Shown in pieces: positions 57,910 to 64,000 of a stretch of 64,000 nucleotides of DNA (positions are counted from its first letter, which is position 1; every line of letters starts with the position of its first letter). The notes under the pieces were generated by a model. That model saw nothing but the letters and a program-made list of their open reading frames with translations, did not search any database and was not told where the DNA came from. The stretch spans positions 1,646 through 65,645 of the forward strand of contig JAGAAJ010000002.1 of assembly GCA_017615355.1 (NCBI GenBank), in the 5' to 3' direction. Origin of the DNA: Prevotella sp. (GTDB lineage: Bacteria; Bacteroidota; Bacteroidia; Bacteroidales; Bacteroidaceae). The position numbers and the translations under genes are program-made.

Positions 57910-60372
57910 ATGGAAAACCAGAAACGTTACGGTCATTTCGACGACCAGCATCGCGAGTATGTCATCACCAACCCGCAGACCCCTTGGCCTTGGATCAACT
58001 ATCTGGGCAACGAGGACTTTTTCTCACTCATCTCTAACACCGCAGGTGGATACAGCTTCTACAAGGATGCCAAATTCCGCCGCATCACCCGTTATCGCTA
58101 CAATAACGTGCCGATGGATAACGGCGGCCGATACTTCTATATTGTAGAGGAAAGAGGAGAGAGGAAAGAGGAAAGAATCATTTGGAATCCCGGCTGGAAG
58201 CCCTGCAAGACGCCGCTCGACTTCTACGAGTGCCGTCATGGCATGAGCTACACCCGCATCACTGGCCGTAAGAATGGCGTTGAGGCCTCTGTGCTGTTCT
58301 TCGTTCCTCTGAAGAAATGGTGCGAGGTGCAGAAGCTGACGCTGAAGAATGAGTCTTCTGAGACCAAGACCCTGAAACTCTTCTCATTCGAGGAGTGGTG
58401 CCTCTGGAATGCCGCTACCGATATGGAGAACTTCCAGCGTAATTTCTCGACGGGTGAGGTTGAAATCGAGGGAAGCACCATCTATCACAAGACCGAGTAT
58501 CGCGAGCGTCGCAATCATTACGCCTTCTATCATGTCAATGCTGAGATTCAGGGCTTCGATACCGACCGCGAGACCTTCATTGGCCTTTACAACGAGTTTG
58601 CTGATCCTCAGGTAGTGATGGAGGGCAAGCCCCGCAACAGTCACGCTCATGGCTGGAGCCCCATCGCCTCTCACTATATCGAGGTAACGCTCAAGCCGGG
58701 TGAGTCCAAGGACTTCGTGTTCCTACTGGGTTATATCGAAAATGAGCAGGATGAGAAGTTTGAGGCTCCTCAGGTCATCAACAAGAAGAAGGCGCATGCC
58801 CTCATCGCTGAGCTCGACACTACCGAGAAGGTTGACAAGGCATTTGCCGAGTTGAACGCATATTGGGATGCCCTCCTCAATATTTATAATGTGAAGACGG
58901 GCAACGACAAGCTCGACCGCATGGTCAATATCTGGAACCAGTACCAGTGCATGGTCACCTTCAATTTCTCGCGCTCGGCCTCGTTCTTCGAGAGTGGTAT
59001 TGGCCGTGGCATGGGCTTCCGCGACAGCAATCAGGATCTCGTGGGCTTTGTCCATCAGATTCCGAGCCGTGCCCGTCAGCGCATCATCGACATCGCCTCT
59101 ACGCAGTTCCCCGACGGCGGCTGCTATCACCAGTACCAGCCGCTCACCAAGCGTGGCAACAACGATATCGGCGGCGGTTTCAACGACGATCCCTGCTGGC
59201 TCATCTTCGGTACGGTGGCCTATATCAAGGAGACAGGCGACTTCTCTATCCTCGACGAGATGGTGCCCTTCGACAACCAGCCAGGCTCTGAGGTGACGCT
59301 TTTCGAGCATCTGAAGATCTCGATGGATCATGTCATCAACAACCTTGGCCCGCACCTGCTGCCACTCATTGGCCGTGCCGACTGGAACGACTGCCTCAAC
59401 CTCAACTGCTTCTCATGGGATCCCAACGAGAGTTTCCAGACCACCGAGAACGTCAGCGAGGGCACGAAGGCTGAGAGCCTGATGATTGCAGGACTCTTCG
59501 TCGTCACCGGCAAGGACTATGTCGCCCTCTGTAAGAAGATTGGCAAGGACGCTGAGGCAGAAAGAATGCAAAAAGCCATTGACGCCATGATCGAGGCTGT
59601 GAAGAAGCACGGCTGGGATGGCGAGTGGTATCTCCGCGCCTACGACTTCTATGGTCGCAAGATTGGCTCTAACGAGTGCGAAGAGGCCAAGATTTTCATC
59701 GAGTCGCAGGGCTGGTGCACGATGGCCGAGATCGGTGCCGACGAGGGTATGGTGGCCAAGAGCCTCGACTCCTGCAAGAAATACCTCGAGTGCGAGCATG
59801 GTATGGTGCTGAATAATCCCGCCTTCACGAAGTATATCTACGAGTATGGCGAGATTTCCTCTTACCCCGAGGGCTACAAGGAGAATGCCGGCATCTTCTG
59901 CCACAACAATCCCTGGGTCATCATCGGCGAGTGTTTGGCCGGCCGTGGCAACGATGCCTGGAGCCACTACGCCAAGATCCTTCCCTCCTATGTGGAGGAG
60001 AAATACCAGACGCTGCACAAGGTGGAGCCCTATGTGAACTGTCAGATGGTGGCCGGTAAGGATGCCTACAAGCCTGGCGAGGGTAAGAACTCGTGGCTCA
60101 CGGGTACTGCCGCCTGGATGTGGTATACCGTCTCGGAGTTCATCCTCGGCATCAAGCCCGACTACGACGGCATCCGCATCGATCCCTGTCTGCCTGAGAC
60201 GGCCACCGACTACACCGTCAGCCGCAAGTTCCGCGATGCAGAATACACCATCACCATCCATCCCAATGGCCAGCAGAAAGGCGTGAAGCAGATCGTGCTC
60301 GACGGCTCACCCGTCGATGGCACCGTCGTTCCCTACGCTCCTGGCCGTCACACCGTCGAGGTGACGATGTAA
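57910..60372 (+). CDS. GH94 glycoside phosphorylase, probably cellobiose phosphorylase
   Basis: [49 protein letters not shown]. Confidence 0.92.
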   Translation: MENQKRYGHFDDQHREYVITNPQTPWPWINYLGNEDFFSLISNTAGGYSFYKDAKFRRITRYRYNNVPMDNGGRYFYIVEERGERKEERIIWNPGWKPCKTPLDFYECRHGMSYTRITGRKNGVEASVLFFVPLKKWCEVQKLTLKNESSETKTLKLFSFEEWCLWNAATDMENFQRNFSTGEVEIEGSTIYHKTEYRERRNHYAFYHVNAEIQGFDTDRETFIGLYNEFADPQVVMEGKPRNSHAHGWSPIASHYIEVTLKPGESKDFVFLLGYIENEQDEKFEAPQVINKKKAHALIAELDTTEKVDKAFAELNAYWDALLNIYNVKTGNDKLDRMVNIWNQYQCMVTFNFSRSASFFESGIGRGMGFRDSNQDLVGFVHQIPSRARQRIIDIASTQFPDGGCYHQYQPLTKRGNNDIGGGFNDDPCWLIFGTVAYIKETGDFSILDEMVPFDNQPGSEVTLFEHLKISMDHVINNLGPHLLPLIGRADWNDCLNLNCFSWDPNESFQTTENVSEGTKAESLMIAGLFVVTGKDYVALCKKIGKDAEAERMQKAIDAMIEAVKKHGWDGEWYLRAYDFYGRKIGSNECEEAKIFIESQGWCTMAEIGADEGMVAKSLDSCKKYLECEHGMVLNNPAFTKYIYEYGEISSYPEGYKENAGIFCHNNPWVIIGECLAGRGNDAWSHYAKILPSYVEEKYQTLHKVEPYVNCQMVAGKDAYKPGEGKNSWLTGTAAWMWYTVSEFILGIKPDYDGIRIDPCLPETATDYTVSRKFRDAEYTITIHPNGQQKGVKQIVLDGSPVDGTVVPYAPGRHTVEVTM

Positions 60373-60388
60373 GATATCCGAAAACAAC

Positions 60389-63300
60389 ATGGAAGAGACC
60401 ACCAACATTCCGCAGGAGTTCAATACCTTCTATCTGAAGGATGTGTCGTTTGCGCACCTGATGACACGTCGCATCTTCAACGTGCTCATCGTGGCGAACC
60501 CCTACGACGCGTTCATGCTTGAGGACGACGGCCGTGTAGACGAGAAGATCTTCGACGAGTACACCGAGCTGGGCATGCGCTACCCGCCGTCGTTCACGCA
60601 GGTCTCTACCACCGAGGAGGCGCAGGGCGTCTTGGAGAACACCGACATCGACCTGGTCATCTGTATGCCTGGCAATGCCGACAACGACGCCTTTGCCGTG
60701 GCCCGTGAGGTAAAGGCGATGAAGCACGACGTGCCCTGCGTGGTGCTCACGCCCTTCAGTCATGGTATCACCCGCCGCATGCAGGACGAGGATATGTCCA
60801 TCTTCGACTATGTGTTCTGCTGGCTCGGCAACACCAACCTCATCCTCTCTATCATCAAGCTGATAGAGGACCGCATGAACATCGACCACGACATCGAAGA
60901 GGCCGGTGTGCAGATGATCATGCTCGTGGAGGACAACATCCGCTTTTATTCTTCCGTCCTTCCCAATCTCTACAACTATATCCTCCAGCAGTCGAAGAAC
61001 TTTTCGACCGAGGCCCTCAACCCCCACGCCGCTGCTCAGCGCAAGCGAGGCCGTCCGAAGGTGGTCTTGGCCACGAACTATGAGGAGGCCTGGGCATTGT
61101 GGCAGAAATACCACGACAACACCTTGGGCATCATCAGCGACACGCGCTTCCCCATGAAGACGCCCGTGGGCCGACTGAGCCATGTGGAGGAGGGTGACCC
61201 TGAGGCAGGCCTGAAGCTGCTGAAGGAGATCAGGAAACAGGACGAGTACGTGCCCCTCATCATGGAGAGCTCCGAGGTGGTCAACCGTGAAAAGGCCGAG
61301 GCCGAGGGCTTCCATTTTGTCGACAAGAACTCGAAGAAGATGAACGTCGACCTGCGCCACCTCCTTGAGGAGCACATGGGCTTCGGCGATTTCATCTTCC
61401 GCGACCCTGTGACGAAGGAGGAGGTGATGCGCATCTCGACGCTGAAGGAGCTGCAGGACAACATCTTCACCATTCCGCACGACTCGCTGATGCGTCACAT
61501 CCGCCGCAACCACATGAGCCGCTGGCTCACGGCACGTGCCATCTTCCCCGTCTCTCAGTTTCTGAAACATGTCACCTGGCACAAGCTGCAGGATGTCGAT
61601 GCCCACCGCCGCATCATCTTCGATGCCATCGTGCAGTACCGCCACATGAAGAACATCGGCGTGGTGGCCGTCTTCGACCGTATGAAGTTCGACCGCTATG
61701 CCCACTTTGCCCGCATCGGCGAGGGTTCCTTAGGTGGCAAGGGCCGTGGTCTGGCTTTCCTCGACGCCATCCTCAAGCGCCATCCTGAGCTCAACCAGTT
61801 TCCCAATGCCACCGTGCAGATTCCGAAGACCGTCGTCCTCTGTACCGACTTCTTCGACCGCTTCATGGACGACAACAACCTCTGGGGCATCGCCCTCAGT
61901 GATGCACCGGATGAAGAGATCCTGCAGCACTTTCTACGGGCACAGCTGCCCGACGACCTCATCGCCGACTTCTTCACGTTCTTCGAGGCCATCAAGGCGC
62001 CGATAGCCGTGCGCTCCAGCTCCCTGTTGGAGGACAGCCACTATCAGCCCTTTGCTGGCATCTATGCCACTTACATGATTCCCTTCCTTGACGACAAATA
62101 CGAGATGCTGCGCATGTTGGCCTGTGCCATCAAGAGCGTCTACGCCTCTGTCTACTACAAGGACTCGAAGGCTTATATGACGGCCACGCAGAACGTCATC
62201 GACCAGGAGAAGATGGCCGTCATCCTGCAGGAGGTGGTGGGCCAGCAATATGGCAACCTCTACTATCCCACGTTCTCCGGCGTCCTGCGCTCGCTGAACT
62301 ACTATCCCATTGGCGACGAGACGGCCGAAGAGGGCATTGCCTCGTTGGCACTCGGATTGGGCAAGTATATCGTCGACGGCGGTCAGACCCTGCGCGTGTC
62401 GCCCTACCATCCCAACCAGGTGCTACAGACCAGCGAGATGGAGACCGCCCTCACCGAGACACAGACACTCTTCTATGCCTTGGACATGAGCCATGTGGGT
62501 GACGACTTCAAGGTCGACGACGGCTTCAACATCCAGAATCTTCGTGTCAAACAGGCCGACAAGGATGGCTCCTTACAGTACATCGCCTCGACCTACGACC
62601 CCGTCGACCAGATTATCCGCGACGGCATCTATGAGGGTGGCCGCAAGATCATCTCCTTCGCCGGCGTCCTGCAGCACGGTGTCTTCCCCCTGCCCGAGCT
62701 GCTGCAGATGAGCCAGAAGCTGGGTGCCGACGAGATGAAGCGCCCTGTGGAGATAGAGTTTGCCTGCAATCTCTACAGCCAACAGTCAACAGCTAATGGC
62801 CAACAGCCCGTCGGGGCTTTCTACCTCCTTCAGATTCGTCCCATCGTCGACTCCAAGCAGGTGCTGGAAGAGGACTTGAACAAGATTCCCGACACCGACT
62901 GCCTGTTGCGCAGCCACAACTCGCTAGGACACGGCATCTCCGAGGATGTGGTGGATGTAGTGTATGTGAAGACCGACGACAACTTCACCGCCTCCAACAA
63001 CCCGCAGATAGCGATGGAGATTGAGCAGATCAACCGCCGCTTCCTCAACGGCGAGTACGTTTCCCCCCTCGGAGGGACAGGAGGGGTCGGCTACATCCTC
63101 ATCGGCCCGGGCCGTTGGGGCTCGAGCGACTACTGGCTGGGCATCCCCGTGAAGTGGCCGCATATCTCCGCCGCACGTGTCATCGTGGAGACAGGCCTGA
63201 AGAACTACCACGTAGACCCCTCGCAGGGCACCCATTTCTTCCAGAATCTCACCTCTTTCGGCGTGGGTTACTTCACCATCAACGCCTACACGGGCGACGG

Positions 63301-63436
63301 CATCTTCCAGAAGGAGGTGCTCGACCAGATGCCCGCCATCGAGGAGACCACCTTTGTGCGCCACGTGCGCTTCGATCGTCCCTTAAAGGTGATGATGGAT
63401 GGCAAGAAACAGGAGGGTGTGGTGCTGCTGCCTTAG
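60389..63436 (+). CDS. PEP/pyruvate-binding (PPDK_N) domain protein with N-terminal receiver-like domains
   Basis: LGGKGRGL, AVRSSSLLED...FAGIY, MAVILQEVVG, LGLG, LLQIRP, GPGRWGS. Confidence 0.85.
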   Translation: MEETTNIPQEFNTFYLKDVSFAHLMTRRIFNVLIVANPYDAFMLEDDGRVDEKIFDEYTELGMRYPPSFTQVSTTEEAQGVLENTDIDLVICMPGNADNDAFAVAREVKAMKHDVPCVVLTPFSHGITRRMQDEDMSIFDYVFCWLGNTNLILSIIKLIEDRMNIDHDIEEAGVQMIMLVEDNIRFYSSVLPNLYNYILQQSKNFSTEALNPHAAAQRKRGRPKVVLATNYEEAWALWQKYHDNTLGIISDTRFPMKTPVGRLSHVEEGDPEAGLKLLKEIRKQDEYVPLIMESSEVVNREKAEAEGFHFVDKNSKKMNVDLRHLLEEHMGFGDFIFRDPVTKEEVMRISTLKELQDNIFTIPHDSLMRHIRRNHMSRWLTARAIFPVSQFLKHVTWHKLQDVDAHRRIIFDAIVQYRHMKNIGVVAVFDRMKFDRYAHFARIGEGSLGGKGRGLAFLDAILKRHPELNQFPNATVQIPKTVVLCTDFFDRFMDDNNLWGIALSDAPDEEILQHFLRAQLPDDLIADFFTFFEAIKAPIAVRSSSLLEDSHYQPFAGIYATYMIPFLDDKYEMLRMLACAIKSVYASVYYKDSKAYMTATQNVIDQEKMAVILQEVVGQQYGNLYYPTFSGVLRSLNYYPIGDETAEEGIASLALGLGKYIVDGGQTLRVSPYHPNQVLQTSEMETALTETQTLFYALDMSHVGDDFKVDDGFNIQNLRVKQADKDGSLQYIASTYDPVDQIIRDGIYEGGRKIISFAGVLQHGVFPLPELLQMSQKLGADEMKRPVEIEFACNLYSQQSTANGQQPVGAFYLLQIRPIVDSKQVLEEDLNKIPDTDCLLRSHNSLGHGISEDVVDVVYVKTDDNFTASNNPQIAMEIEQINRRFLNGEYVSPLGGTGGVGYILIGPGRWGSSDYWLGIPVKWPHISAARVIVETGLKNYHVDPSQGTHFFQNLTSFGVGYFTINAYTGDGIFQKEVLDQMPAIEETTFVRHVRFDRPLKVMMDGKKQEGVVLLP

Positions 63437-63475
63437 TGAGGCATTAAAAATCGCCAAGGGTATGTGAGGCTATAG

Positions 63476-63512
63476 AAAAAAGACTGAAAGCACACGCTTT
63501 CGGCCTTTTTTT
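63476..63512. terminator. bidirectional intrinsic terminator
   Basis: aaaaaagactgaaagc-acac-gctttcggccttttttt between convergent genes. Confidence 0.75.
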
Positions 63513-64000
63513 ATGCTTGCCTTGTGTGGGAGCTATACAGGCGGGCGACGATGGCTCCGCTGATGTTGTGCCATACGCTGAAGATGGCACCAGGGATGGT
63601 GGCCATGGGATAGGCGGCGAAATGGAGCGTGGCAAGGCTGGAGGCGAGGCCGGAGTTCTGCATGCCCACCTCGATGGAGACAGCGCGTTTCTTCGGCTCA
63701 GCAAGTCCTAACAGCCGCCCGATGAGATAGCCAAGACTCAGTCCGCAGAGGTTGTGGAGCATGACGACAATGACGATGATCAGACCGCCTGCCATCAGCT
63801 TATGGGCATTGGCACCGATGACGATAGCCACGATGAGGGCGATGGTGAGTGAGGAGATGGCCGGGAGATAATCAACGGCTTTCTCCGTGAACTTGGGCCA
63901 TAGGGCTTTCACGATCAATCCCACGACGATGGGCAGGATGACCACCCAGAGGATGCTCAGCAGCATGCCCGCCACATCGACATCGACACTCTTCCCAGCC
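63511..64000 (-). CDS. bile acid:sodium symporter family protein, 3' part; start lies beyond the window
   Basis: HNLCGLSLGY, SIEVGMQNSGLA, PGAIFSVWHNISG. Confidence 0.92.
   Translation of the reverse strand, partial: AGKSVDVDVAGMLLSILWVVILPIVVGLIVKALWPKFTEKAVDYLPAISSLTIALIVAIVIGANAHKLMAGGLIIVIVVMLHNLCGLSLGYLIGRLLGLAEPKKRAVSIEVGMQNSGLASSLATLHFAAYPMATIPGAIFSVWHNISGAIVARLYSSHTRQA

Noticed and set aside
60251-61705. Long antisense ORFs (484 aa here; also 52700-53965, 17566-18492, 59413-60261)
   Set aside because: Shadow frames opposite well-supported genes with strong codon bias; no recognisable motifs

Overview
This is a Prevotella-like (Bacteroidota) chromosomal window, judged from TAnnTTTG promoters, porZ/T9SS genes and gene content. 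It is mostly housekeeping: ABC transporters, nadK, mnmG, apt, uvrC, dtd, deoC, polA, ychF, lgt, nadA, lepB, dapB, rdgB, leuS, dprA and a GH94 phosphorylase. It very likely contains the replication origin, seen as a dense DnaA-box cluster plus an AT-rich tract at about 22.7-23.05 kb with no adjacent dnaA, and two parS sites near mnmG. An accessory defence island at about 33.1-40.4 kb carries a ~410-bp element with long terminal inverted repeats, three copies of a 28-49-bp direct repeat separating gene modules, and an EcoRI-family MTase / DUF262-HNH / HsdR_N-like operon. That operon is preceded by a ~330-nt leader with several mutually exclusive long pairings, a uORF and a terminator-like hairpin, which is the best candidate for an undescribed system. 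Also notable are three CotH kinases next to porZ (one fused to an acyltransferase), a secreted Cys-phosphatase in a GtrA/GtrB-type locus, and several short repeat families inserted in-frame into proteins. No rRNA, tRNA, CRISPR array, integrase or transposase was recognised. All calls are by eye; no database search or folding software was run.
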